Assembly (NCBI GenBank): GCA_963815095.1 | Contig: CAWFFH010000003.1 | Coordinates: forward strand, 768,001-832,000 | DNA: 64,000 nucleotides | Source: Candidatus Bathyarchaeota archaeon | GTDB lineage: Archaea; Thermoproteota; Bathyarchaeia; Bathyarchaeales; Bathycorpusculaceae | Reading direction: 5' to 3' | Shown: positions 51,672-62,396 of the stretch, one piece after another | How positions within the stretch are numbered: the first letter of the stretch is position 1 | Layout: each line of letters opens with the position of its first letter | Notes under the pieces: model-generated | The model's database searches: none | What the model was told of the DNA's origin: nothing | The model's input: the letters and a program-made list of their open reading frames with translations, nothing else | Translations under genes and position numbers: made by a program

Positions 51672-53012
51672 ATGATAAGTTTAGCTGAGAACGCTGTTAA
51701 AGCAGCGCTCAATAAAGGAGCACAAGACGCTGAAGCTTATGTTTACGAGGGGCAAGCATCAAACATTGGGATTGAACTGGGTCAAATCAGCAAAACAAAC
51801 AGAATAATTGACCGCGGCTTAGGAGTTAGAGTGGCCCTTAACAAAGCAATCGGGTTTGCCTATACAAACATCGTGGAGGACGCAAAGGCTGTCGACGGCG
51901 CTGTTAATAGCGCATTGAGTTCGGCAAGGGCAAGTAAACCTGACCCAGACTGGAACGGGCTTTCTCAAAAGAAACCCTATGTCCAGACGCATAAGACTTT
52001 TGACAAAAAAATCGTTGCCTTAAGCTCCGAAGAGTTAGTAGGCATTGCCGTAACTATGCTAGATGCTGCTGGGCAAGTGGATAAACGTGTTTTCCCAATT
52101 GAAGGCGGCGTAGGCAGCGCTTATCTATCTAACGCCATCGCCAACTCAAACGGCATAACAGGCTTTGATAAGGGAACAGTGATCGAGTGCAGTGTGGCTA
52201 CGTTAGCTAAAGAAGGCAATTCCGTTACACCTGTATGTTTCGAGTTTAACGCTGCAAGAACCTACGACCTTGACCCTGCTTGGGTTGGAAGAGAAGCAGC
52301 CAAAATGGCGCTTTCAGCATTAAAAACCCAGTCGGTAGAAACCAAATCAGGCAAGGTTATCCTTACACAATTTGCATTACAAGAACTTCTATCTTACACT
52401 TTAGTCAACGCGATCCGGGCCGATAGTGTTCAGCGGGACCAGTCTCCGTTTAAGGGAAAAATCGGGGAAAAAGTTGCCTCAGAAAACCTCACAATTTACG
52501 ACGATGGCTTATTTGCCGGTGGATTACGCACAGGGATGTTTGATGGCGAAGGCGTACCACACCAAAAAACTCCAGTCATAGAGAAAGGTATCCTGCGCAA
52601 CTTTTTGTACGATAATTATTCGGCCAAGAAAGAGGGCAAAGAAAGCACAGGTAACGCTTCACGGGCTGGATACCTCTCAACACCTGGAATCGATACAACT
52701 AATTTCCATATCATTCCAGGAAACAAAACATCTAACGAAATGCTAGGCGAAGTCGACGATGGTTTAATTGTCTATTACCTCCAAGGTGCTCACAGCAGTA
52801 ACCCAGTCAGTGGCGAATTCTCTGTCGTTGCGACCCCTGCTTGGAAGATCAAGAAAGGAGAAATAACCCATTGCTCAAGAGGGGTTATGTTGGCTGGCAA
52901 TATCTTTGAATTGCTAAAAAACATTAGCGTGGTCGGCAGTAACGAGAGGCAGATGGGGCAGCTGATTTCGCCTTGGCTACAAGTTGAGAATGTTCGAGTG
53001 ATTGGGCAATAG
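51672..53012 (+). CDS. pmbA: PmbA/TldE partner subunit
   Basis: [25 protein letters not shown]; lacks HExxH; start could be a few codons upstream. Confidence 0.88.
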   Translation: MISLAENAVKAALNKGAQDAEAYVYEGQASNIGIELGQISKTNRIIDRGLGVRVALNKAIGFAYTNIVEDAKAVDGAVNSALSSARASKPDPDWNGLSQKKPYVQTHKTFDKKIVALSSEELVGIAVTMLDAAGQVDKRVFPIEGGVGSAYLSNAIANSNGITGFDKGTVIECSVATLAKEGNSVTPVCFEFNAARTYDLDPAWVGREAAKMALSALKTQSVETKSGKVILTQFALQELLSYTLVNAIRADSVQRDQSPFKGKIGEKVASENLTIYDDGLFAGGLRTGMFDGEGVPHQKTPVIEKGILRNFLYDNYSAKKEGKESTGNASRAGYLSTPGIDTTNFHIIPGNKTSNEMLGEVDDGLIVYYLQGAHSSNPVSGEFSVVATPAWKIKKGEITHCSRGVMLAGNIFELLKNISVVGSNERQMGQLISPWLQVENVRVIGQ

Positions 53013-53025
53013 TTCTCTGATTTTT

Positions 53026-54234
53026 CTACCTACTTGCCCAAAAGCTCTTTGAATACTCGCCTAAGACTCCCTCGTAGATTTGCAAGGTCTGTTGGGCGAT
53101 TTTTTCCCAATCATACTTTTCCAGGACTCGTTTGTAAGCGTTTTCCTTGAGATATTTAGCGTAGTTGCCGTCAAGCAAGACTTTTGCAATCCCCCATGCT
53201 AGTGAATCAGGATTGTTGGGATATACTTTAACGCCGGTTACGTCATGTTCGATAATTTCAGATAAGCCACCTGTGTCGGATGCAACTACTGGACTCTGAG
53301 CCGCCATAGCCTCCAAAGCAACGATACCAAAGGGTTCAAAAAGCGAAGGCACAACAGACACATCAGCTACTCTTTGAAGTTTAAGCAATGTTGCTTCATC
53401 CATGAAGCCTTCAAAGAGCACTTTGTGCTCCAACCCCATGCTGCGGACGATGTTTAGGAGTTGTTCTTTCATGTAACCACTGCCAACGATTATGAATTTA
53501 GCGTTGGCTTTGCTCAGGATTTTTGGAACAGCGTTTATCAGAACATGGATGCCTTTTTCGTAAACTAAGCGTCCGACGAAGAGTACTATTTTTTCTTCGG
53601 GCAAAGCATACTTGCTTCTGAAATCCTTCATGTCATTGTTGCCGTCATAGTTGTGTGTGTTTACGCCGTTTGGAACCATAACTAGCTTGTCGTTTGGTAA
53701 CCCGAAAACGTATTTTACATGGGAAATCATGTAGTCGCTGCAGCAAATAACTTTCCATGCTTCGTAGGTAAGCCATGCTTCGGTTTCATGAATCATTCTT
53801 TCAGTAGTTGTGTGTACCCCATCTCGTCTGCCCATTTCGGTTGAATGCATGGTCGCAAGAAGAGGTTTTCTGAAAACGTGTTTTAACCCGATTCCTGCGT
53901 TTGCGACGAGCCAATCGTGAGCGTGGAAAACGTCAATTTTGTCGGCTATTTTTCTTGCTATCGCAGCGGTTTCTCGTTGCATGTTCATGTTCATCAAGTA
54001 AACCCATGTAGCGAAGTCGGGTGCTGGGTTTTTGTACGAATCCACTCTATAGACTTCTACGTCGTCAATTACTTCATGGGCTGGTGCTCCGGGGAAATCG
54101 CAGGTTACTACATAAACTTTAACGCCTTGTTTAGCTAGGTTTTTGGATAAGAAGTATACGTGGGGCGATATGCCTCCGATTACTCTCGGCGGGTACTCCC
54201 AGCTTAACATCATGACACTTAATTTATCTTTAAT
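53026..54234 (-). CDS. GT4 glycosyltransferase (glycogen-synthase-like); probable ATT start
   Basis: SWEYPP..GG, HAHDW, GRLVYEKG, EPFGIVALEAM; ATT at 54234 overlaps the upstream TAA and follows GGAGG. Confidence 0.88.
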   Translation of the reverse strand: MKDKLSVMMLSWEYPPRVIGGISPHVYFLSKNLAKQGVKVYVVTCDFPGAPAHEVIDDVEVYRVDSYKNPAPDFATWVYLMNMNMQRETAAIARKIADKIDVFHAHDWLVANAGIGLKHVFRKPLLATMHSTEMGRRDGVHTTTERMIHETEAWLTYEAWKVICCSDYMISHVKYVFGLPNDKLVMVPNGVNTHNYDGNNDMKDFRSKYALPEEKIVLFVGRLVYEKGIHVLINAVPKILSKANAKFIIVGSGYMKEQLLNIVRSMGLEHKVLFEGFMDEATLLKLQRVADVSVVPSLFEPFGIVALEAMAAQSPVVASDTGGLSEIIEHDVTGVKVYPNNPDSLAWGIAKVLLDGNYAKYLKENAYKRVLEKYDWEKIAQQTLQIYEGVLGEYSKSFWASR

Positions 54235-54853
54235 GTTTGTTTGCCTCCGCCACCTTGTTGTATGACTTCACGACTTCTTTTACTAAAGAACTGGGGTCAG
54301 TTGAAATTACTGCTATTTTTTCTTTGGGAACTTTATAAATTCTAATAACCTCATCTCTCATCCACTCGGATTTTACGTTAACTCTTGCAGCTTCATAGAA
54401 TCCAAGCCACTCTATGCTTTTGATGGCCATGTTGTAGGATGAGTTTGTGTTTGGTGACCGATGGTCTTCTAGGCTTTCAACTGAGTAAATAAACGGGATG
54501 CCTAATCCGTTTTTTAAAGTGACAGCCGCGGGTATAAAGTGCCAATCAAAAACGTCTATTAGGTCAACCTGCTTTTGGGAGTCATAGTAAATGTCGGTTG
54601 CAGCCCGTTCAATTTCCTGATTTAATGTGAGTACCCATGTTAATACTCCAATATGGGTTCGCACGGGGTTAGCTACTCTGAAAGTTTTTACGCCGCTGGG
54701 CTCCTGTGTTTGACCTGTTGCGGAGTCATCATAAGTTACAACGTTAACATCCACTTTGCTATTGGCAAGTTGTGTAGATAGAGAACTGACGTATCCAGAG
54801 AGTTGACCAACAACCCTAGGCGGATACTCCCAAGAAAAAATGATGACACGCAT
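54230..54853 (-). CDS. GT4 N-terminal-domain-only protein
   Basis: SWEYPPRVVG, DVFDW, IEWLGFYEA align to the N-domain of the neighbour; no nucleotide-sugar domain. Confidence 0.75.
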   Translation of the reverse strand: MRVIIFSWEYPPRVVGQLSGYVSSLSTQLANSKVDVNVVTYDDSATGQTQEPSGVKTFRVANPVRTHIGVLTWVLTLNQEIERAATDIYYDSQKQVDLIDVFDWHFIPAAVTLKNGLGIPFIYSVESLEDHRSPNTNSSYNMAIKSIEWLGFYEAARVNVKSEWMRDEVIRIYKVPKEKIAVISTDPSSLVKEVVKSYNKVAEANKH

Positions 54854-54860
54854 ATTTCCA

Positions 54861-55112
54861 CTACGTGAAAAGTGAGCAGACCTTAATTATTCCTCTTCCA
54901 TTGAGATAGTATCGTTTCTTGCCTTCATTGTCGTAGAAACTTTCGGCGAAACCCTCCGATTTGTATCGGTCTAGGATGCCTTCGATTTCGTTGGGATCTT
55001 TCTGCAGAAGTCGTGCTACTTCCTCGCCTCTTCGAGCTAAATCAGCGGCGGTAGCGCACAAGTTATGCAGCGTCTGAAGGACTTTATCGGGAAATGGAAG
55101 TTCTTCTCTCAT
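54861..55112 (-). CDS. Small winged-helix-like protein
   Basis: Helical N-part ending KKRYYLNGRG, typical of a wing; lies within the glucan operon. Confidence 0.55.
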   Translation of the reverse strand: MREELPFPDKVLQTLHNLCATAADLARRGEEVARLLQKDPNEIEGILDRYKSEGFAESFYDNEGKKRYYLNGRGIIKVCSLFT

Positions 55113-55179
55113 TTTGTATGCACCATGCCATCAGAGAGTACATCGACTTATCTTATAAACGCATGCGGGTTTGCTTTTC

Positions 55180-56727
55180 TTAGAAAAGCTGGGTTGCATC
55201 CTGTACTTCCTTGATTTGGGCGGTGTATCGCTTTTTTGCTTCATCAACCATGTCTTTTCTAAGTTTTTCGCCTCTTGCTCCGGACGTTTTTAGTGCCTTG
55301 AGCTTGGCTGCTAATTTCTTGTCTTTTAGCGAGCTCTGGACCCAACTTTCGAAATCGCCGTTGTCAATGTGGAATTCTATAGCTTTGGTGTCTACTTCTT
55401 GTAGTGTTTTGATGAATCCCTTCAAGCTCCAAGCCATCATGTTCGTATAGAATTCCTTTCCAATGCCTGTGTAGAATAGGAATGGTTCGTTAGCCGTTAA
55501 AATTGTAAGTCTTAGCCTTGCTTCGAAATCGTTGAGTAATGTCTGGGCAGCTACAAAAGCGTCCATGGGTGACTCATATGGGCTAAAGTAGGAGTGGACT
55601 TCTCCAGGTCCGCCTCCTGCAGTGAACATATAGTAAAGGTGGTCGCTTGTTTGGAAGTCACGCCACAACCTGAGAAACTCGCTATCCTCTGCTTCTTTTA
55701 TCATTGGTTCTAATCTGCGCAGGGTTGTGTAGTACGCCCATTGCATTACATTGCCAAGCCACCCAGATTGGTCTCTTTGAATGTCAGCCCACGAAACGGT
55801 GCCTCCAGCTTCTGGGACATCAATTTCTCCTGCCGAAGCATGTTTGTCAATAACTTCAGAAGGTGTAACCATCTGCAGGTGGTCAAACTTTAGTATCTCA
55901 TCTGGGAGATGTTGAAGGAAACCATGGATTCCTGTTTCTGGCCAGTGGTGTTCGCCAAAGGTTTCGTAGTCGGGAAAGATATTGATACATTCGCCCTTTG
56001 TTTCAGCTAGCCACCGAGCGTATTTGTCTGCGGTTAGAGGCCACTCTGGCCACCATCTTGCCGAAAACCTAAAGCCGATGTCGTCAGTTAACTTGTAATT
56101 TCGTAGTAGAACACGGATTTTTTTGGTACCTTTAGGTGTGTAAATGAAATTGGGTGATTTTTCACCAAGTATTTTCTCGATACCTTCAGTGTAAATGCCC
56201 TTGTAACCCATGCCTTCAACGGTTTTGGCGATGGTGTTGTTATAGAGTAGTTCTGTGTTCTCAAAAATGTGCGGTGTATAACCCAGCAAGTCCTTGACGG
56301 TTTGTTTGTGCATTTTTGCTTGTTCAATGAACTCTTCTTTTTCAGGGTAGAGGCTGGAAATTGAGTGGTAGTATGTTTGGTTTAAAAACTCGACGCATCC
56401 TGAAGTTGAAAGTTGTTTAAAGCTTTCCAGGAGGTCCTTGTCGAACATTTCACATTGTTCAAGAAAAACCCCTGAAACGCTAAACGAAACTTTAACCTGT
56501 TTGCGGTCATGTTTGTGTCGGTCAATTACGTCGAGAAGTATTTGGTTTGAGGGAAAGTAGCATTTACGTGCAGCTCTTTTGAAGATTTCCCTGTCAATTT
56601 CATTATCAAAATAATAGTTGAATAGTTCATTTTTCAATAAGCGCCTAAATGTCTTGCCTTCCCAAAACAGGTTTCTTCTCAACCTGTGAGGTTGATGCAC
56701 TTCAAAGACAAACACAACATCGGTCAT
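55180..56727 (-). CDS. GH57 alpha-amylase with a C-terminal DUF5752-like domain
   Basis: EVHQP, QTYYHS, NTEL, DYETFGEH, SWAD, TSDHLYYM; tail EFHIDNGDFESWV. Confidence 0.9.
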   Translation of the reverse strand: MTDVVFVFEVHQPHRLRRNLFWEGKTFRRLLKNELFNYYFDNEIDREIFKRAARKCYFPSNQILLDVIDRHKHDRKQVKVSFSVSGVFLEQCEMFDKDLLESFKQLSTSGCVEFLNQTYYHSISSLYPEKEEFIEQAKMHKQTVKDLLGYTPHIFENTELLYNNTIAKTVEGMGYKGIYTEGIEKILGEKSPNFIYTPKGTKKIRVLLRNYKLTDDIGFRFSARWWPEWPLTADKYARWLAETKGECINIFPDYETFGEHHWPETGIHGFLQHLPDEILKFDHLQMVTPSEVIDKHASAGEIDVPEAGGTVSWADIQRDQSGWLGNVMQWAYYTTLRRLEPMIKEAEDSEFLRLWRDFQTSDHLYYMFTAGGGPGEVHSYFSPYESPMDAFVAAQTLLNDFEARLRLTILTANEPFLFYTGIGKEFYTNMMAWSLKGFIKTLQEVDTKAIEFHIDNGDFESWVQSSLKDKKLAAKLKALKTSGARGEKLRKDMVDEAKKRYTAQIKEVQDATQLF

Positions 56728-56882
56728 AACAATTTAGCCTTCAATCATCATAACAGAACTTACAGGTATTTCTAATTTTTCTTCATTCTGCAACCTACAA
56801 TTCTATTTGGGTTTTTTACTGTGAGTTTGAGAAAGTTTTAATGCTTTTCATTTACCATTATAGGTTAAGCGGTTGAGGCGGG

Positions 56883-58157
56883 TTGGCTGAGGGCAAAGAA
56901 GAAATTTACTCAACTATGTTTAGTTCGCTTAAACATCCTGCCCGCCGCAAAATACTTCGAATATTAGCTGATAAGCCCTTGACTTTTTCGGAAATGCTTG
57001 AGTTGTTGGGTGTTTCCAGCTCCAACTTAACCTACCACCTTGAAAGTTTAGGAGAACTTATAGCCAAAGACGACAATGGCGTTTACAGATTATCCACATT
57101 TGGATTGGCTTCTGTTAGCACAATGAAGATCGTGGAAGAAGCACCTCCCGTTCAGCCCAAAAAACGTACGTCTCTATCGTTGAAGTGGAAAACTATCCTC
57201 GGAGTTTTACTAGTCGGCTTAATAGTATTTGCCAGCATGGCTGCACTGCAATATGGCGTTTTAAATCAAACATCCAGCGAACGGGACAGTTTGAAGTCAA
57301 AATACAATCAACTGCTATCCTGGAGCGCTTCCACAAACAACGCCATAAATTTCTTGCAGCAAGTAACCCAACTCGACACTTCACACTATCAAGCAACTCT
57401 TTTAAGCAATACTATCGAGCAGCGGTCTGATTTAGGTGGTGCCTTAGAGCAGGTAATGACTTATTCTTTGACCAGTATTGACAGCAAGATAGATGTAGTT
57501 TTCAGGTTCCGCAATAACCAGTTGTCCCGTTACCAACTTATTCTGCTGGATGGTGCGCCAGTTTATTCTCAAGCACAATCCCATAGCGAACTGGATGACG
57601 TAAAGAATCTGATCAGTAGGTTTGCGACGTTTGAGGGTAACTCCTATCTGGCTAACATGAGTAGTTTGTTGGCATTGGTTGTCGAGCCACAAAATATTGA
57701 AATAAAAGAAGGTAACCTAAAACTCAACGCCTCCTTCTCCGGCAACGGCGCACAAATACTTATAATGTATACAGAGAACGGGGTTGATTTTTCGCCTAAG
57801 AGTCTGAGTTTAATTTTTGATAACGGTGACTTGGAAACTTTAGCTGATGGTTACTTCTTGTTCAATGTTGGAAGCACTGTGATTAACGTATCAAGCGACA
57901 AAGCATTAGAACTTGCAAGAGTCGCTCTTGGAAGTTACAGCTGGACCGCAGAAGGAAACGTTGTTTCTAGTTTTCAAGTGCTTCCTCAACCAACCGTGAT
58001 TTTCCACCCTAATACCAAAAACTCTCTTGCTCTCTACCCGCAATACACGATAATATTTTATCTCGACAAAGTATACCCTGGCGGAGTAAACTCGATAGCT
58101 GTTGAAGTTTGGGCAGATAACGGAAGTATTGCTCAGATTAAGACCCAAAACAGTTAA
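56883..58157 (+). CDS. Membrane-anchored ArsR-type HTH regulator with a large extracytoplasmic domain
   Basis: LKHPARRKIL...SSNLTYHL HTH, one TM (ILGVLLVGLIVFASMA), coiled coil, C-terminal beta-rich domain. Confidence 0.75.
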   Translation: MAEGKEEIYSTMFSSLKHPARRKILRILADKPLTFSEMLELLGVSSSNLTYHLESLGELIAKDDNGVYRLSTFGLASVSTMKIVEEAPPVQPKKRTSLSLKWKTILGVLLVGLIVFASMAALQYGVLNQTSSERDSLKSKYNQLLSWSASTNNAINFLQQVTQLDTSHYQATLLSNTIEQRSDLGGALEQVMTYSLTSIDSKIDVVFRFRNNQLSRYQLILLDGAPVYSQAQSHSELDDVKNLISRFATFEGNSYLANMSSLLALVVEPQNIEIKEGNLKLNASFSGNGAQILIMYTENGVDFSPKSLSLIFDNGDLETLADGYFLFNVGSTVINVSSDKALELARVALGSYSWTAEGNVVSSFQVLPQPTVIFHPNTKNSLALYPQYTIIFYLDKVYPGGVNSIAVEVWADNGSIAQIKTQNS

Positions 58158-58289
58158 ACCTTCAGAAAATTGGCTTCTACACAATTAGATTGTGTTTGCG
58201 ATAAAATGGTGTCAATCTTTGGTTTTCTTAAAAAGAATTATTTTGCGATTAAACAAAAAAAGAAAAGAAAGGAAAGTTTTCTTGCTTCT

Positions 58290-60911
58290 TTACTGTCTTT
58301 TCTTCAGCAGTAGTAAGATCATTACTATTGCCACTACGATTATGAGGACAAATAATCCTGCGATTGCTGGCACGAAGTAGATGTCTACCATTGATGCTAA
58401 AGTCGTTGGTGCTGGTGTTGCTGTTGGGGCTGCCGGATCAACTGTGAAAGCAGTTATAGCGTGTGCTGGCCAGTAGGATTCAGAGCCTCCGAACGATGCA
58501 TAGACGGTGTATTGTCCTTCTATGTCGGGTTTCCAGTTTAAGCTAAAGAATCCATCGGTGCTTACTGTGGTGCCTATCTCTCGGTAGTTGCCGTTTGCAT
58601 CAACAACGCTAATGACGATTGGAACGCCAACTATGTCTGTGGGACGTGGTTTCTGCATGTAAACGTACTCCATCCATCCGGTTTGGCTTGCATCAGAGAC
58701 TGCTGGAACGCCGTTGGGGAATCGTGCTGCTTGCTCTTTTTGTTTTGTGCCTGCCGCTATGTCGGTGATTGTGCCCTTAATCATGATGCTGCTTCCGCTT
58801 GGAATAACATCGTTGGTGACTGAGACTGTCATTTGGCTTGGTCCTTTTCCGACAGTGTACACTTGCATGTCATAGGTATTAAGGAAGACAAAGAATCCAT
58901 CCGCAACGCGATCGTATGTTGCGTCCATGCCTGTGCCCCAGCCCATCAAAGTCCATATTTCTGTTCCGTCTGTAGCGTTAATGACTCTGTATTGCACATC
59001 TTTGTAGAATGGTGAGTTGGGCGAGTGTTCTGTGGATCCTAAGAATAGTTTTCCATCCGCAATAACGTCGAGGTCATATGGGTAGGTTCCGTAGGATGTT
59101 TCAAGACCTGCAAATGTGCTGTTTCCGGGACCGCCGTTTCCGTAGGTCCATAATAGGTCTCCATTGGTTATGTCGTAGGCGTAGAGTTCTCCGCCATAGC
59201 CTGTTACGTATATTTTGCCGTAAGCGACCGCTGGATAGTTCCTGAAGTAAATGTAATCATTCATGGGTTCAACTGGTCCCCATATTTTTTCGCCGTTGGT
59301 TAAGCTATAGCCCGCCATTGTTGTGGTCTCTTTGTCATATAGTATAAAGACGCCTCGTTGAGGATCCCAGTTTGCAAGACCACGAGTTACGTTGCCTTCT
59401 GCGGGTTCAAAGTGTTTTGTCCATAGTACTTGTCCTCTTGAATTCGGGTTCAGGCTTATGGCTGTAACGTTCGCTCCTTCTAAGGATACAGTTGCAAAGG
59501 GAGCAGTTGGATGCCCTCCGAAACTGCCTTGAACCAGAAGCATTATGTTATCCAGACTAGCTCTATCAACGCGCCATGTACCAGAGTTTGAGAGTGTTAT
59601 TGATACGTTGTAGTCATAGTTAGCTGGTGTGCTTGCGTCTATTTGTCCTGAGTACCATCCGCCTGCTGCTGTTCCTGCTGCTGTTGCGATAGATTTAGAG
59701 GAATTCCATTGAAGAAGGCGCCAGTCAGGATTAGCAGTTGTGCCTTTGTTGACAACTGAGTATCGTATTACTTCGCCGTTTGGACCTGGAACTGCTGCAA
59801 GATTAGTGTTTGTTGACGGAACGCCTGTTACGTTTAATGCGGTTGGAAGTCCTGTTGTTGGGTCGTATGATCTTCCGAAGTTGCTTGAGAACAGAAGTCC
59901 ATTCGGTAGGATGCCGTGTTGGTTGGGAGTGTCAAGTGAGGGTAGTAAACCAAAGCTTATGCTAGGTAATCCAGATCCAGATCTTCCTATGTCCGGGTTG
60001 TACCAGATTTGCTCGCCGGTTTGTAAATCTATGCAGACCCATCCGCCACCTACGCCAGAATTGCCGTACGGGAGTTCGTAGTATAGTCTTCCATTCATGA
60101 TTAGGGCGTTAGAGAATCGAGTTTGGTATGAGCCGCCTGTGTAATACATTTCGCCTGGGATAGCAGTGTTGTTTCCGCCAACTACACCTCCATCTTGAAG
60201 AGGTTTGCTCCACATTATGTGTGCGCTGTTTGGTGCGGTTCCATCGGGTTGTACTCTCGCAATGTAGAGGCCAGAGGTGCCTCCTCCGACCGAGGCGCCG
60301 GATAGGATGAATGGTTCTCCAAGCCAGTTTGACGAGATTGAATACCAGTCTGTGTTTTGTCCTTCTATTGGGCGTGTCCAGTATTCGGTTGGCAGCGGAT
60401 AGCTGTTTTTGGGTGCCGGAAGCGGGTCTTGCTGAACTGTTAACTCAAATGTATCGTGCGCCGCTGTAAATACATCGCCGTTCCATGTTTTCTCAGTTGA
60501 TGAGCTATTCCAAGTATATGTTTGTTCAGGATAGTTAAAGTTGAGAGTGTATGTGCCGACTTGAGTTGGTGTATAGCTGATGAATTGAACGCTGGTTGGG
60601 TCTGAAACTATTGGCCAGTTGTATGATTGTTCTTTTCCATCAGGAGCTGTTACCGTTAATGTATAATCATGGCGTCTGATGTCGTTGTCTACGGTTGCAC
60701 CAGGAAGAGGACCGTCAACCCACATTATAATAAGGACGGATTGACCGACACCAACAGGGTTGGGTCCAGCCTGAAGATAACCGTAGGAGTCAATAGTCCA
60801 TTTAGGTGAGTGCGCAGTTGTCGTTGGCATTAGCAAAATCGATGTAGTCATTGAAATTATTAGAAACAAAGCAATCAAAATAGTTGTAACTCTATTTTTT
60901 GAGTTTTTCAT
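58290..60911 (-). CDS. Secreted, C-terminally anchored PQQ-like beta-propeller surface protein
   Basis: Signal peptide; repeats DLQTGEQIW, SLTNGEKIW, DITNGDLLW, NATDGTEIW; Pro/Thr linker; C-terminal TM + KKRQ. Confidence 0.8.
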   Translation of the reverse strand: MKNSKNRVTTILIALFLIISMTTSILLMPTTTAHSPKWTIDSYGYLQAGPNPVGVGQSVLIIMWVDGPLPGATVDNDIRRHDYTLTVTAPDGKEQSYNWPIVSDPTSVQFISYTPTQVGTYTLNFNYPEQTYTWNSSSTEKTWNGDVFTAAHDTFELTVQQDPLPAPKNSYPLPTEYWTRPIEGQNTDWYSISSNWLGEPFILSGASVGGGTSGLYIARVQPDGTAPNSAHIMWSKPLQDGGVVGGNNTAIPGEMYYTGGSYQTRFSNALIMNGRLYYELPYGNSGVGGGWVCIDLQTGEQIWYNPDIGRSGSGLPSISFGLLPSLDTPNQHGILPNGLLFSSNFGRSYDPTTGLPTALNVTGVPSTNTNLAAVPGPNGEVIRYSVVNKGTTANPDWRLLQWNSSKSIATAAGTAAGGWYSGQIDASTPANYDYNVSITLSNSGTWRVDRASLDNIMLLVQGSFGGHPTAPFATVSLEGANVTAISLNPNSRGQVLWTKHFEPAEGNVTRGLANWDPQRGVFILYDKETTTMAGYSLTNGEKIWGPVEPMNDYIYFRNYPAVAYGKIYVTGYGGELYAYDITNGDLLWTYGNGGPGNSTFAGLETSYGTYPYDLDVIADGKLFLGSTEHSPNSPFYKDVQYRVINATDGTEIWTLMGWGTGMDATYDRVADGFFVFLNTYDMQVYTVGKGPSQMTVSVTNDVIPSGSSIMIKGTITDIAAGTKQKEQAARFPNGVPAVSDASQTGWMEYVYMQKPRPTDIVGVPIVISVVDANGNYREIGTTVSTDGFFSLNWKPDIEGQYTVYASFGGSESYWPAHAITAFTVDPAAPTATPAPTTLASMVDIYFVPAIAGLFVLIIVVAIVMILLLLKKRQ

Positions 60912-61134
60912 TTTATTTTTTCTCCAAATATTGAACGAAAACCTTTAGGATTTCGCTCATGCTTTAATGTATTTTGATTGTATGTCTATATAAAAATTTG
61001 CAGAGTAACACTGACGACAAAAAAAAACAGCGTTTAGTAAAAGAAATTGTTTCTGTTTATGGTAAGCCCTTGAAAATAAAATATTTTGAGTTCGATGGGG
61101 AAAATTTATATGACGAGCCGTTGACTACCATGAC

Positions 61135-61761
61135 ATGGCTCCCAACAAAAAACGTAAACCTGCAAAACGTAAATCCTACAACACACTGTTCATAGGCGTA
61201 GCCGTAATACTTATAGTAGTTTTCGGCGTCGCAGCTTACATGGCAGTAGCTAACCAGGGTTCACCAACAAAGACGTTTCCTCCCACCAAAGTTTTGCTAG
61301 AAACCTCCGCAGGGAACATAACCATCGATTTAAGAACAGATAAACCGATTACTTCAGCAAACTTTGCAAACCTCGTTAAAGATGGTAAGTACGATGGCAC
61401 AATCTTCCACCGAACGATTACTGGCTTCATGATTCAAGGTGGAGAAGTTAGCGGTTCAGTTCCAACAATACCTGATGAGATAGGCAACAACAACCGCAAC
61501 ACACCATACACAATAGCGATGGCAAAGACCAGCGCACCCAACTCTGCAACGAGCGGATTCTTCATAAACGTCGAAGATAATGGACAAAAGTATGCTCCAA
61601 GCTTCGATGCAACCTACACAGTGTTCGGCACAGTAATCTCAGGCAAAGACGTTGTTGACGCAATAGCTAATGCTCCAGTAACAGAAAACCCCAACATTCC
61701 TGGTGAAATGAGCCTCCCAGTAAACCCTGTTACGTTGATAAAAGCGATGATTCTACCATAA
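61135..61761 (+). CDS. Membrane-anchored cyclophilin-type PPIase
   Basis: Basic N-terminus + TM, FHRTITGFMIQGG, IAMA, FFIN, YTVFG. Confidence 0.88.
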   Translation: MAPNKKRKPAKRKSYNTLFIGVAVILIVVFGVAAYMAVANQGSPTKTFPPTKVLLETSAGNITIDLRTDKPITSANFANLVKDGKYDGTIFHRTITGFMIQGGEVSGSVPTIPDEIGNNNRNTPYTIAMAKTSAPNSATSGFFINVEDNGQKYAPSFDATYTVFGTVISGKDVVDAIANAPVTENPNIPGEMSLPVNPVTLIKAMILP

Positions 61762-61877
61762 GCAAAAATAAAAAATCATTTTTTTCTTTTCTTTAATTAT
61801 GAGAGAAGAGTGTTATAGATGTCTTTTTGCGATAGCAATAATAGTTATCATTTTAATTGGTATTGAGGTCATAAATT

Positions 61878-62366
61878 ATGAGTGCAAGTAAAGATGAATA
61901 CTCAAATGCAACCAAAGTTCTTCTCCACACAAGCATGGGTGACATAACCATCGCTCTAAGAAATGACATGCCAATAACAACTGGCAACTTCAAAAACCTT
62001 ATCCAAAAAGGAACCTACAACGGCACAATCTTCCATAGAGTCATACCGGGTTTCATGATTCAAGGCGGGGACCCAACAGGAACCGGATATGGAGACCCAT
62101 CCATTCCCGAGATAAAAGATGAATTCACAAGAACCAACCGCAATGACAAAGGCACAATATCTATGGCGAATGCGGGTCCAAATACCGGAAGCAGCCAATT
62201 CTTCATCAACCAAGTAAACAACAACTTCTTAGACGACAAGCATCCAGCGTTTGGCAAGGTTGTCTCTGGAATGGATGTTGTCGATGTGATCGCTAAAGTG
62301 CCAAGAAACTCAAACGATAAACCCAAAACAAACGTAACAATAATCAACGCATCAATAGTGCCATAG
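61878..62366 (+). CDS. Cytoplasmic cyclophilin-type PPIase
   Basis: FHRVIPGFMIQGGDP, SMANAGPNTGSSQFFIN, HPAFG. Confidence 0.93.
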   Translation: MSASKDEYSNATKVLLHTSMGDITIALRNDMPITTGNFKNLIQKGTYNGTIFHRVIPGFMIQGGDPTGTGYGDPSIPEIKDEFTRTNRNDKGTISMANAGPNTGSSQFFINQVNNNFLDDKHPAFGKVVSGMDVVDVIAKVPRNSNDKPKTNVTIINASIVP

Positions 62367-62396
62367 ACAAAAAATGAGAACTAAAAAGACCAATAG

